A stretch of 63,499 bases of DNA, counting the filler, from an uncultured Methanosarcinales archaeon (GTDB lineage: Archaea > Nanobdellota > Nanobdellia > Woesearchaeales > CAZXZL01), in NCBI GenBank assembly GCA_964645415.1. It is 5 parts of 5 records of this genome, joined end to end, with 100 filler letters (N's around TTAATTAATTAA, not from the genome) between each part and the next. Parts side by side here need not be neighbours in the genome. Positions count along the whole stretch, not along the records: positions 42,028 to 55,032 come from CAZXZL010000029.1; positions 55,133 to 63,499 come from CAZXZL010000039.1; 3 more parts are not named here. One strand, 5' to 3'. Positions 52,490 to 62,967 of the stretch are shown piece by piece. The translations under genes were made by a program, and so were the position numbers. The notes under the pieces are model-generated. The model was not told the DNA's origin and did no database searches. It was given only the letters and a program-made list of their open reading frames with translations. The stretch's first letter is position 1, and every line of letters begins with the position of its first letter.

Positions 52490-52907
52490 AAAAGTATTCG
52501 TATTCAGCTAAAGGAAGTAGAAATCAAAATCATCTTAGAAAAAAAGATGCTAATAGAAACAGAAACAAAAAGAAATAGAATTTAATTGGAACTACCGTGC
52601 CATTCTTTAGAATGGTACCATCCTAACCAATTTTGATAAAAATTGAAACAAAAAGAAATAGAATTTAATNNNNNNNNNNNNNNNNNNNNNNNNNNNNNNN
52701 NNNNNNNNNNNNNNNNNNNNNNNNNNNNNNNNNNNNNNNNNNNNNNNNNNNNNNNNNNNNNNNNNNNNNGTACCATCCTAACCAATTTTGATAAAAATTG
52801 AAACAAAAAGAAATAGAATTTAATTGGAACTACCGTGCCATTCTTTAGAATGGTACCATCCTAACCAATTTTGATAAAAATTGAAACAAAAAGAAATAGA
52901 ATTTAAT
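52490..52907 (+). repeat. 83-bp tandem array of the hairpin repeat unit spanning an N gap
   Basis: Unit starts at 52562, 52645, 52800 and 52883; hairpin GTGCCATTCT-TT-AGAATGGTAC at 52597 and 52835. Confidence 0.85.
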
Positions 52908-52952
52908 AGGGACCTCTTTGCCCTACGAATTATGGTGGTAATTTTATTAATC

Positions 52953-53951
52953 CTAATGAGATTTATCTTTTAAGTCATGATAAAATGAGGATACTAAAAA
53001 TGATATGATTGGTGTTGAAAAGTATATTACTCTATCAATTATTTGACAACCTGGATTGTGTCTAATTATCTCTATATAAATAAGTAAATACAAACTTAAA
53101 AACATTACATAATATCTTCCTAAATCTTTCTTATGTGTATTAACAATAAAAATAAGTATTGAGAAAACAAAAATAATTGGAAATAAATTGATATCACAAA
53201 TCTGAGAAACTTCTTCTTCTAATTCAATAACTTCATGTTGAAACTGATCTTCTTTTTCTATTTCATAATCTCTTCCAAACTCATCAATTAACCTAATTGT
53301 TTTATTTATTGTTCCATTATAAAAAAAAGTTCTATTTTCCCCATCAACATCTATTATAATCGCATCATCTTCATCATATCTTTCTCTTATTGTTTCATCT
53401 ATTATTAATTCTTCAACTTCCTCTTCAGTATAATTTCGATCTGGATAAATTATTAACTCTCTGTCAACTTCTTCATCATCTTCAAAACAAACTCCACAAT
53501 CAGTCGGACAAGTATTACAATTTTCCTGTTCATCGCAAACACCATCTCCACACCATCCAATTTTGAATTGACTTTGATTAAATCCTGAAAATCTACTTCC
53601 CCTACTTCTTGCTCTAACTCTCCAATAAACATCTCTTTCAAACCCTAATATTTCTCTTTTTTCAATCTTTAGCTTTGTTTCATTAGTTTCTTTTCTAATA
53701 TAATCCTTAAAATCTTGACTAAAAGAAATATCTAATTCAAATAATAAATCTTCCTCATCCATTTGAGGATGATACCATTCAAATATTATCTCTTCTTCAT
53801 AAATAAAATCATTAATCGGACTTCTTAGATGAGTTCTATTAATAGGTGGAGCAATTATTTCAGCCTTTGATGGAATCTCTGCAAATACTACAAAATTAGC
53901 TGATAAAATAAATAAAAATACAATAATTATTACTTTTAACTTACTTTTCAT
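52953..53951 (-). CDS. Membrane protein with an FN3-like domain and a CGDGVC..ENC..CP.DC motif
   Basis: Signal peptide, YWRVRA, Cys motif, three C-terminal TMs. Confidence 0.7.
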   Translation of the reverse strand: MKSKLKVIIIVFLFILSANFVVFAEIPSKAEIIAPPINRTHLRSPINDFIYEEEIIFEWYHPQMDEEDLLFELDISFSQDFKDYIRKETNETKLKIEKREILGFERDVYWRVRARSRGSRFSGFNQSQFKIGWCGDGVCDEQENCNTCPTDCGVCFEDDEEVDRELIIYPDRNYTEEEVEELIIDETIRERYDEDDAIIIDVDGENRTFFYNGTINKTIRLIDEFGRDYEIEKEDQFQHEVIELEEEVSQICDINLFPIIFVFSILIFIVNTHKKDLGRYYVMFLSLYLLIYIEIIRHNPGCQIIDRVIYFSTPIISFLVSSFYHDLKDKSH

Positions 53952-54077
53952 AATAATTTTACATTTTTATCTTTTAAATATATTTCTCTATCAGTATACT
54001 TTTTCATATATTAGTGTATTAAAAAGAAACATTTATAATTAAAAAGAAAATAATAATGTTAAAAATAAGAAAAAACA

Positions 54078-54965
54078 ATGAAAAAATCAAGAATTAGTAT
54101 TTTTTTAGGACTATTATTATTTTTATCTATTTTTCATTTTTTTAGTGTTAAATCTCATACTACAGGTGAACTTGATACCGAATTAAGTGTTAAAATGCCT
54201 CCAGAAATTATTGAACTTGAATTAAAAGATCATTCTGAATCAGATGAAATTGATCTCAACCCTGGTGAAAGCATTGAAGTAACTTGTGAAGGAATAGTTA
54301 AATCTTTTTATGAATGGGAAAGCATTTCAAATGGGAATGTTTGGGCACAAGTTTACTTTGATGGTGAAAAAGATAATATTGATGATGACTCAGTTCATTT
54401 AGGAATAAATAATAGTTGTAGTTTAGAAGAGATTGGTAATCATGAAGTAGAAGTAAGTTGTGATTTTGAGATGAAACATTACTCAAAACCAGGTGATTGG
54501 AAATGTTTTTTAGAAGTAGAAGATATTTATGGTTGGTCTGATAATAAAACAACTTCTAATCAAGTTACTGAATTACTCGCATTTGGATATTCTAATGAAG
54601 AAATTGATTTTGGAACATTAGGTTGGGGAGATGAAAATATTAGAAACCGTGAAATCCAAAATCTTGGAAATGTTGAATTTGATATTGGTGTTAATGTATC
54701 TGGTGATGAACAAATTGAAGATAGCTCTATGATTTGTGAATCAGGGTATTTATCAAATAGTAACTTTAAATCAGGTTTAGATAGTTCTTTTGAAAACTTA
54801 AATCCTGTTGAGAATGGAATTAACTTAGGACTATCTGCTACTGTTGGAAATAGTGAAAATCCAATACCTAATCAAGATCTCTTTTTTGGTTTAAAAGTCC
54901 CTTCTGATAGTAATATAGAAGGTAGTTGTACTGGGAATTTAATTTTAAATATTTTATATTCATAA
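54078..54965 (+). CDS. Secreted acidic protein (surface/S-layer-associated)
   Basis: Signal peptide; IDFG..QNLGNV; paired Cys. Confidence 0.7.
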   Translation: MKKSRISIFLGLLLFLSIFHFFSVKSHTTGELDTELSVKMPPEIIELELKDHSESDEIDLNPGESIEVTCEGIVKSFYEWESISNGNVWAQVYFDGEKDNIDDDSVHLGINNSCSLEEIGNHEVEVSCDFEMKHYSKPGDWKCFLEVEDIYGWSDNKTTSNQVTELLAFGYSNEEIDFGTLGWGDENIRNREIQNLGNVEFDIGVNVSGDEQIEDSSMICESGYLSNSNFKSGLDSSFENLNPVENGINLGLSATVGNSENPIPNQDLFFGLKVPSDSNIEGSCTGNLILNILYS

Positions 54966-55137
54966 TTAATATGAACTTTATTATTTTTATTAATTTATTT
55001 TTATTATTATTTTTATTATTTTTATTATTATTNNNNNNNNNNNNNNNNNNNNNNNNNNNNNNNNNNNNNNNNNNNNTTAATTAATTAANNNNNNNNNNNN
55101 NNNNNNNNNNNNNNNNNNNNNNNNNNNNNNNNAGAAG

Positions 55138-55560
55138 GTGATTATTATGAACTATAAGAAAAACATTTTACTATATGAAGAATGTGATGAAAAAAGAGAG
55201 TATTTAAGAAGATCTTTTCAAGTATTGAAGAAAAAAAACTATAATTTACTTGAAGCAAAAACAGAAAAAGAAGCTTATGAATTATTTGATGAAAACAAAG
55301 ATAACTTAGATGCGATAATTACAAGTGTTAGTTTTGATAATTTAGAATCAATTAATCTTTATGGAAAGATGAAAATGTTAAAACCAGACTTAAATTATTA
55401 TATCTCAACAACAAAGATAGAAGATAATTTTAAAGAAGAAAATAGCAAATTCTATAAAAGTAAAGATGAATGTAAATCAAATAAAATAAATGAGATTAGT
55501 GAGTATTCAAATTTAAAAAAGATTATTTTTGATACTATCTGTGATTTAGAAAAAAATTAG
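55138..55560 (+). CDS. Degenerate receiver-like domain protein
   Basis: ILLYEE...EA.T.KEAYEL...DAIITS pattern; the expected phospho-acceptor Asp is Ser. Confidence 0.55.
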   Translation: MIIMNYKKNILLYEECDEKREYLRRSFQVLKKKNYNLLEAKTEKEAYELFDENKDNLDAIITSVSFDNLESINLYGKMKMLKPDLNYYISTTKIEDNFKEENSKFYKSKDECKSNKINEISEYSNLKKIIFDTICDLEKN

Positions 55561-55579
55561 TTTTTTGTTTTTTATTTTT

Positions 55580-58333
55580 TTATCTACTTTTATTTTCTAA
55601 CATTACTTTATTTACAATATTTGAATAAACCTCTTTTAAGAATTCAACTCTCGATTTAGTATAAACAACATCAATTTTATCACTAAAGAAAATTTCTAAA
55701 GAAAAGGGTGTTAAAGTTGAAAAATATTTTATTTTACAAGAATTTACTGAATTCAAATAAGAAATCATATTCCTTAAATCCATTTTATCTTCTAATATCT
55801 CTCTAAGAGTTTCTCTTATTAAGACATTATCTGTTTTTTTGAACTTTTTAAGAAACCAATTAGTACTAATTATAATATCTTTTAATTCCATCTTCCTTTT
55901 CTGACTTCTTAAAATCAAAAGAAATCTTTCAACAGTTTTTGAAAATCTTCTTTTAAACATTTTAGTATTTAATAATTCATCTTTAAATAAATCATAAATA
56001 TTATCTAAAGAAGAAAAAGAATCTTTATTATCAGGATTATTAAAATTATTAAAATTAGAAATAAAATCATTTAGTTTATTTTCATTCAAATTAATTCCAG
56101 AAATAGAAAAACCATTATTATGTACTTTAATACTAACATCAGATTTTTGAGAAGACTTTCCAAGAAAATAAAAAACAATTAAATGTGAAAGAGCTTCATT
56201 AGCACGTCTTCCTAAAAGTGTATGGAAGATATAACTATTGGCTGGTTTATAATATTCAACATAAATTTTATTTTCAACAAAACTAAAAAAAGATTCTTGT
56301 TCAAAAAAATAATCAAATAAAACATGAATCTCATTTAGATTAAAATCATGAGATAAATCATTTAATTCAATATTTTTAGATTTAAGTTTATTATTAGAAT
56401 CTTCTATTTTTTCATTATGAATTTTAAAAAAAAGTTGGTTAAGTTTATGATTTAATTTAATAAGAATTTTTTCAAAAGATTGATCTCTTAAGTCATCTTT
56501 ATTTTTATCAAAAAATAAAAAAATTGTTTTTCTTAAACGAGAAATGATTCTTGCAAGATCATGATTAAGTGGAAGCTCTTCACTATGCCAAGAAGCAATA
56601 TTAGAACTACTTTTACTTTTTTTAACAAACATAGCATTATTCTTACTACCTAAGAAAATATATGGATTAGCATTAATAACAAACTTATCCCTTTTTTGTA
56701 ACTTTTGATAAAAATCTTGTGGAACCTTACCAATAGGTTTTTTGTTTTCAACTACTGTAAGCATAGGATAATAATCAATAACAGAAATATTTTGAAGTAT
56801 CATCGGTCTTTTTAATTTTCCTGCAATAAAGTATTTCTCATCTTTTTTTCCTAAATTAAAATACTTAAAATAATTTTTATCTACAAAATGAAGAATATCT
56901 CTTAGATCTTTCCTAGATAATTCACTAAATGTATAAGCACTTGAAAAGAAATTAAATAATTCTTCAAACGAATAAGATTCATTAACAAGTATTAAAAAAA
57001 GAATTTGTATTAATACATCATAAGGTTTTTTTATTATATTTATATCATCTATAAATCCAAAAAGTAATGACTTTTTAATTAAAAAACATTCAACAAAATC
57101 ATCTCTTGTTAATGGAATGAATACTGCTTTTTTTATATTATCTTTAGGGTCATGATTTGATCTTCCAATCCTTTGAGAAGCCCTAGTGATTGACTTAGGA
57201 CTCCCTAACAAGATTACTAAATCTACAGTAAAATCAATACCTAATTCTAAAGAGGTTGATGTTACAACACATTTTGCATTACCTTTCTTTAACTTATCCT
57301 CAACATCACTTCTTACATCATATGATAAAGAACTATGATGAACCATCGCATCAATATTTCTCTCTTTTAATTGATAAGCTATTTTTTCTGAACCAACACG
57401 AGTATTTGTAAAAATTAATGTGCTATTATGTTCTTTAACTAATTTTTCAATATTATCTATTGTTTTATTATTTATCTCATTACTAATTTCATTTGAATCT
57501 TCATCACGAAAATGATTAAAATAATTATCAATATAATCACTAAATTTATTATTATAATCTATATCATCAGGAATATTAAAAAATGTATTTGGAATAATAC
57601 TTAAATCATAATTTTCTTTCATATCTGATTTAATTATGTCACAATCATTTCTAGAATTACCAATTAAAAACTTAGCTACTTCTTTTTCAGGCGATACTGT
57701 TGCACTAACACCAATTCTTGCAAAATAATTATTACTTATTTTGTCTAAATATTCAAGCATACTCATTACTAAAGCTCCTCTTTTATTAGAGACTAAAGAA
57801 TGAATTTCATCTAAAACAAACCATTCTATATCTTCATAAAGATGTCTAAACTTTTTTGCACCCATTGAAATTGCAAAAGATTCTGGAGTGGTAATTAAAA
57901 TGTGAGGTGGCTTTTCTAATTGTTTACTTTTTTCATAACTACTACTATCCCCAGTTCTTGTTTTAATTCGTATCTTTTCATCAAATCCAAACATTTCTTG
58001 TATCTCATTTAATGGTTGAATTAAGTTCTTTTTGATATCATAATTTAATGCTCTAAGAGGGGATACATAAAGAGCATACATTCTATCTTCTAAATTAGAA
58101 TCTGATTGAAGTGAAATTAGTTCATCAATAATTGATAAAAATACAGCTAAAGTTTTTCCAGAACCTGTAGGAGAAATAATTAAGGAGTTTTTTCTACTTC
58201 TAATATTAATTAAAGAACGTTTTTGAATATCAGTAAAAGAATCATATTTTGAAAAAAACCAATTTTTAATATAATCAGAAAATATTTGTTCTATTTCCGA
58301 ATTATCATAAACTTTATCTTTTAACTTAATCAT
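55580..58333 (-). CDS. lhr: Lhr-family SF2 helicase
   Basis: SPTGSGKT, PLRAL.YDI, RTGD, ITTPES, DEIH..KRG, SAT, HHSSLS, TSLELGID, QRIGRSNH. Confidence 0.92.
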   Translation of the reverse strand: MIKLKDKVYDNSEIEQIFSDYIKNWFFSKYDSFTDIQKRSLINIRSRKNSLIISPTGSGKTLAVFLSIIDELISLQSDSNLEDRMYALYVSPLRALNYDIKKNLIQPLNEIQEMFGFDEKIRIKTRTGDSSSYEKSKQLEKPPHILITTPESFAISMGAKKFRHLYEDIEWFVLDEIHSLVSNKRGALVMSMLEYLDKISNNYFARIGVSATVSPEKEVAKFLIGNSRNDCDIIKSDMKENYDLSIIPNTFFNIPDDIDYNNKFSDYIDNYFNHFRDEDSNEISNEINNKTIDNIEKLVKEHNSTLIFTNTRVGSEKIAYQLKERNIDAMVHHSSLSYDVRSDVEDKLKKGNAKCVVTSTSLELGIDFTVDLVILLGSPKSITRASQRIGRSNHDPKDNIKKAVFIPLTRDDFVECFLIKKSLLFGFIDDINIIKKPYDVLIQILFLILVNESYSFEELFNFFSSAYTFSELSRKDLRDILHFVDKNYFKYFNLGKKDEKYFIAGKLKRPMILQNISVIDYYPMLTVVENKKPIGKVPQDFYQKLQKRDKFVINANPYIFLGSKNNAMFVKKSKSSSNIASWHSEELPLNHDLARIISRLRKTIFLFFDKNKDDLRDQSFEKILIKLNHKLNQLFFKIHNEKIEDSNNKLKSKNIELNDLSHDFNLNEIHVLFDYFFEQESFFSFVENKIYVEYYKPANSYIFHTLLGRRANEALSHLIVFYFLGKSSQKSDVSIKVHNNGFSISGINLNENKLNDFISNFNNFNNPDNKDSFSSLDNIYDLFKDELLNTKMFKRRFSKTVERFLLILRSQKRKMELKDIIISTNWFLKKFKKTDNVLIRETLREILEDKMDLRNMISYLNSVNSCKIKYFSTLTPFSLEIFFSDKIDVVYTKSRVEFLKEVYSNIVNKVMLENKSR

Positions 58334-58381
58334 AAAAAGAAAAATAATAATTTAATTAAACAATTTTTGATTTAATTAATT

Positions 58382-58894
58382 CTAAAATAAATCTTTATAT
58401 TTAGTTTTAATAAAATAGATAATAAAAATAAATAAACCAACACTTACAAATAACTCTATAATATTTGCGGAATAGGCAGAAATAAAAGTAATTGTTGACC
58501 CAAAAATAGATCCAAAAAATATACCTAAATCAACAAAGTCATATTTAGACTTAATAATTAAATATACTAAAGCTAAAGTAAAGATAATTATTCTCATAAA
58601 AAATTCAAAAGACCTTTTTTGTTCACGAATTTCTTGATTTTGATCTAAGCAATCTTGATGTTCATTAATCTCTTCATCAGTAACATTTTGATTATTAGGA
58701 GTTCTTGGGTGTCTACAATCTTGTAAACGAGAATCAAATATTTCATTTGATAAAGTAGAAGAAAACATAAATGAAAGTGAAGTAAACATTATTGCAATTA
58801 AAACAAGAACTAAAATCCTTTTAAAATCTAAGTTTTCAAACATATAAAGAATAAAAAAAGAAAGTATAAAAAAGTTATGAACTAAAATCTTCAA
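58382..58894 (-). CDS. Small multi-pass membrane protein
   Basis: About four TM segments with a Cys-bridged loop. Confidence 0.65.
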   Translation of the reverse strand: MKILVHNFFILSFFILYMFENLDFKRILVLVLIAIMFTSLSFMFSSTLSNEIFDSRLQDCRHPRTPNNQNVTDEEINEHQDCLDQNQEIREQKRSFEFFMRIIIFTLALVYLIIKSKYDFVDLGIFFGSIFGSTITFISAYSANIIELFVSVGLFIFIIYFIKTKYKDLF

Positions 58895-58897
58895 AAC

Positions 58898-61330
58898 TTA
58901 ATCTCTTACTTTAATTAATAAAAGCACTAAAATCACTACTAATACAATATTTAATACTCCTAAAAGGATTAATATTGTTGAAAAATCATCATCGTCATCA
59001 TCTACAATATACTCAGGAATATCATCATCGTCATTATCAGATTCTAATCTTTGAGCACTACAAGTAACATCACTTCCTCCATCTTCACCTAAACATTCCC
59101 AAGAAGTATCTCCTCCCTCAGAAGGAAAGATTGGATTCATTGGACTAGCAGTACCTTGGTAACAAAAGTTATTTGTATCCCAAGATGTATCATCAGCATC
59201 ATAAATTTTACCATCTTCTTCACCACATTCTCCATCTAATTCATCAACAACTTCTTCACCATTACATTCATCAACATAAACAGAAGTCACAATTAATTCT
59301 TCTAACCTACCTCTATCATCATATAATCTTAAATCAAAATCATGCTCACCAACAGATACACCTTCAAAATCAACTTCGTGACTAAAAGTAATATAATCAT
59401 TATCTCTTCTTCTCCTAAAAGAATCAAGATCAAATTCTTCTTCATATGAAAAGTCAACAGTATCAGATTCTATTCTATAACTCCATTCTTCTAAATTATT
59501 TCTTCCTGTGTTAATTAAACTTAAATCAATATTTGCATACCTTAAACATCCAATACTATCTCTATCAAATTCAAAACGATCTATAGTAATCTCATCTCTA
59601 CTTTTATCAATATCAAGCTCGAATTCAAAAGTTTCTTCATGAATATTTCTATTTTCATCTTCACCTTCAACTTCTAATAACACATCAAAAGTAGTATCTT
59701 GAACTCTTAAAGGAATATCAAAAACAAAATAATCAGATAAAACATCATCTGCTTCAATATCACCATAATATAAGTAATCATAGATGTCATCTCCATCATC
59801 AATACTTTTAACTGTATATTCTAACTCAACATCTTCAATCCATATATCTGATGAACTTGAAAAAGCATTTTCTAACTCAACATAAATTTCTACTTCATCT
59901 CCTGGCATTACATCAATACTATCACCATCTCTTAATCTACCAGAACCATCATCATAAACTTCATATTCTAATCTATCAAATCTTAGCATAGATGAAGGCT
60001 TAACTTCAATATCATAAGTTAGTTCTAAGTCTCCTTTCTCAAATGTTATTTCACCAATATTCTTAGAATCTAAAGAAATATCATCAGGAAAAACAACACT
60101 TACTTCAAATTCATTATCAGAAAGAGAATCAATTGGAAAATTATCTAAAGAATCATAATTTGATCCATCATATCTAAACTCAAATTCAAAATCGTCATAA
60201 TCTTCATCAATTTCTGCAAAGATATCTACTTCAATATTTTGATCAATATTATTAGTAATAGTAATATCTTTTGAAACTCTTCTATTTCTACCTTCACTAC
60301 CTTGCTCAATTAATAATTCTTCATCTAAATCAACATCAAATTCTTGACTTTTAACATTAACTTCAAGCTTAATAGTTGAATTTAAATCACCATCATCAAC
60401 AACACATTCAAAAGTTCTATCTGAATCATAAGCACCTACTTCATAATTAATCCAACCACGATTAATATCATAATCAATATCAGTACGATCTTCATCATCA
60501 CAAATTACTTCAACTTCATCATCATCTAAATCTCCAAATTCAAATTCTTCATTAACTTCATCTCCACGTAATACATTAATTGTTTTATTAATCTCACCAT
60601 CTAAGAAATTTATATAAGGACGTCTATTAACATCATATACTTCAAATTCAACAACTTTACTATCTTGACCATCATCTTGAATTACAGTAAAATTTAAAGA
60701 ATAATTACCTGCAGAATCAAAATAACTATCAAAGTAAAATAATCCTTCATTAGAATCAAAAGTAATTAAATCAGTATCAATCTCATCATCACCAATATCT
60801 TCAAATACAAAATCATCATCTCTATCAACTAATTCATTGTTAATAGAAGTTAGATTAATCATTAAAGATTCATTTTCATACATATCAAATTCTAAAACAT
60901 CTCCTAAATAACTATCATTAACATATACATCATGTTTTAATTGAGGGACATTTTCAATAAGAACATCAAATTCCTTTGAGGAACTAACTTCATCACAATC
61001 AACAATATATTCATATACTCCTTCAGAAATGTTAAAAACAGTTAAATCTTGACTAATATTGACACCACCATTAGAAAACTCAAAAAAATCTTGACTAATC
61101 TCACTATATCCTTCTTCAGGAATTAAGTCAACAGAACAATTTAAATCATTTGTAACATTAGTTAGATTAAAGTTAAGATCTAATTCATTACCTTCAGTAT
61201 GATTTAGTTCAAAATTAGTATCAGAAACACCTAAACTCAAATCAACAGAACTTGCCAAAACATTAAAACTAAGAAAAACAAACATTACCATAAATAACAT
61301 ATATAATTTTAATTTCATAATATCCCTCAT
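58898..61330 (-). CDS. Large acidic S-layer-like surface protein
   Basis: Signal peptide, D/E-rich beta domains, Cys motif near the C-terminus, C-terminal TM. Confidence 0.75.
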   Translation of the reverse strand: MRDIMKLKLYMLFMVMFVFLSFNVLASSVDLSLGVSDTNFELNHTEGNELDLNFNLTNVTNDLNCSVDLIPEEGYSEISQDFFEFSNGGVNISQDLTVFNISEGVYEYIVDCDEVSSSKEFDVLIENVPQLKHDVYVNDSYLGDVLEFDMYENESLMINLTSINNELVDRDDDFVFEDIGDDEIDTDLITFDSNEGLFYFDSYFDSAGNYSLNFTVIQDDGQDSKVVEFEVYDVNRRPYINFLDGEINKTINVLRGDEVNEEFEFGDLDDDEVEVICDDEDRTDIDYDINRGWINYEVGAYDSDRTFECVVDDGDLNSTIKLEVNVKSQEFDVDLDEELLIEQGSEGRNRRVSKDITITNNIDQNIEVDIFAEIDEDYDDFEFEFRYDGSNYDSLDNFPIDSLSDNEFEVSVVFPDDISLDSKNIGEITFEKGDLELTYDIEVKPSSMLRFDRLEYEVYDDGSGRLRDGDSIDVMPGDEVEIYVELENAFSSSSDIWIEDVELEYTVKSIDDGDDIYDYLYYGDIEADDVLSDYFVFDIPLRVQDTTFDVLLEVEGEDENRNIHEETFEFELDIDKSRDEITIDRFEFDRDSIGCLRYANIDLSLINTGRNNLEEWSYRIESDTVDFSYEEEFDLDSFRRRRDNDYITFSHEVDFEGVSVGEHDFDLRLYDDRGRLEELIVTSVYVDECNGEEVVDELDGECGEEDGKIYDADDTSWDTNNFCYQGTASPMNPIFPSEGGDTSWECLGEDGGSDVTCSAQRLESDNDDDDIPEYIVDDDDDDFSTILILLGVLNIVLVVILVLLLIKVRD

Positions 61331-61429
61331 AATAAGTAAAATAGTAATTATAACTATTAAGTAGTAGTCAATAGAAATATATAAATATTTCGGAATAATT
61401 AATAAAAAACCTAATTAAAACTTTTTAAA

Positions 61430-62140
61430 TTATAGCTTTCCATATTTAACATATTTTTCAATGTCTTCCTCATCCATTTCAATAGTTCTTCCTTTATTAC
61501 TATAAGAAGTTCTATTAGTCCCACTAAATTTAGATTTTGAAGAAAAATTACTTTTAAAGGAATCTCTTTTTTTAATAAGGAAATATCCATAACCCACACC
61601 ACAAGCCAAACCTGCTAAATGAGCAATATGAGCAATTCCAGTTCCACCAGTAACTAAACCAAATAAATCAATTAAAGCAAAAATAATTCCCGCAGTTCTC
61701 ATATCCATAGGGATTACAAAAAAGAATAAAACCTTTAAATCAGGAAGTAACATAATAACCAAACCTAAAACTGCCATAATAGCACCACTTGCACCTACTG
61801 CTGAAGCTTGTGGCATACCCGTAATAGTTAAATTAAAAATGGAAAAAGCAAATGAAGCAAAAACACCAGAAATTAAATATACAATTAAAAATCTCTTCGA
61901 ACCGATTCTTCTTTCAATTAAATTACCAAAAAGAAACAAAGCATACATATTAAATAATAAATGAGTTGAACTCCCATGTAAAAACATCGCAGTAAACATA
62001 ATCCAAGGTCTTGAAAAGATATCTCCTGCAACAATTTTAAAAGTTTCAGTAAACCATGTACCTAAAAGAGTTTGCAAAATAAAAACAACTACATTAATTC
62101 CAATTAATTTAAAAGAAATATTATTGAATTTATGAGCCAT
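61430..62140 (-). CDS. Rhomboid intramembrane serine protease
   Basis: PW..TAMFLHG..HLLFNM, GASGA, AHIAHLAG. Confidence 0.94.
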   Translation of the reverse strand: MAHKFNNISFKLIGINVVVFILQTLLGTWFTETFKIVAGDIFSRPWIMFTAMFLHGSSTHLLFNMYALFLFGNLIERRIGSKRFLIVYLISGVFASFAFSIFNLTITGMPQASAVGASGAIMAVLGLVIMLLPDLKVLFFFVIPMDMRTAGIIFALIDLFGLVTGGTGIAHIAHLAGLACGVGYGYFLIKKRDSFKSNFSSKSKFSGTNRTSYSNKGRTIEMDEEDIEKYVKYGKL

Positions 62141-62246
62141 ACTAAATAAAAAAAATCTCTCTTTTTAAAGATTATGAAGAAAGATATAATTAAATAAAAA
62201 AATACTATCGAAAAGTATTATTTAGAAAAAATAAAATCTCTTAAAA

Positions 62247-62951
62247 TCATTTAACTTTTTCAATTAAAACATGAGACATGATTTTATTAGGGATCATTAC
62301 AACAGAACCACTACTTTTTTCAATAGTAGTATATTCTAAATCAATTTTATCAACAACACCATAATGACCAAGAACAGAAACAATATCTCCAACATAATAT
62401 AACTGATTTACTCTTATATCAATATAAGAAAACATATTCTCAATTTTATCCCAATAAAATAGAAGCATAATAACAAGTAACACAATATAAATAAATACGA
62501 CATTAGTTAAAGGCATACCAAAAACAATAAGAACTAAAATCATCATAAAGGAAATAACAACAAAAGACCAAACTCTTCTTAAAAGATCAAAAGCAATATT
62601 ATCTACATTAGTATCAGTTTCTTTAGCATGCGGTAAAAAGTAGTTATCAATAATATCTTTACCAAAAGAATCAAAAAAGAAACCTAAACTAACTGCTAAA
62701 ACTAAAGAGATAATATTAAAATACCAATTAATTTCAAAACGAGTTAAACTTAAGAATCTTGTTCCTATAATTGCACCAATCACAACAGAAATAGTTATTA
62801 TTGGTTGTAATAAATTATCAATTAGGATTTTATCAAAATGAAAGCTATTATCATCAGAGTATTTTTTTTCATATATTAAAAAAATAGTATGAATAAAAAA
62901 TCCAACTATTAAGGACCCAATTAATGTGAAAAAATAATAAATTAAGTTCAT
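62247..62951 (-). CDS. MscS-family mechanosensitive channel (lacking the C-terminal domain)
   Basis: TM region followed by VGDIV...GVVDKIDLEYTTI..SG.VVMIPN. Confidence 0.8.
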   Translation of the reverse strand: MNLIYYFFTLIGSLIVGFFIHTIFLIYEKKYSDDNSFHFDKILIDNLLQPIITISVVIGAIIGTRFLSLTRFEINWYFNIISLVLAVSLGFFFDSFGKDIIDNYFLPHAKETDTNVDNIAFDLLRRVWSFVVISFMMILVLIVFGMPLTNVVFIYIVLLVIMLLFYWDKIENMFSYIDIRVNQLYYVGDIVSVLGHYGVVDKIDLEYTTIEKSSGSVVMIPNKIMSHVLIEKVK

Positions 62952-62967
62952 TTTTTTATTACCTCAT

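Noticed and set aside
52582..52806. 74-aa ORF across the N gap
   Set aside because: Mostly X residues and lies within the non-coding tandem repeat.
52562..52907. Possible CRISPR array
   Set aside because: 83-bp identical units with no unique spacers, and no cas genes in the window.
54975..55032. TTA/ATT microsatellite (and AAT run at 42028-42080)
   Set aside because: Low-complexity sequence at contig ends; the 42028 run simply encodes poly-Asn.
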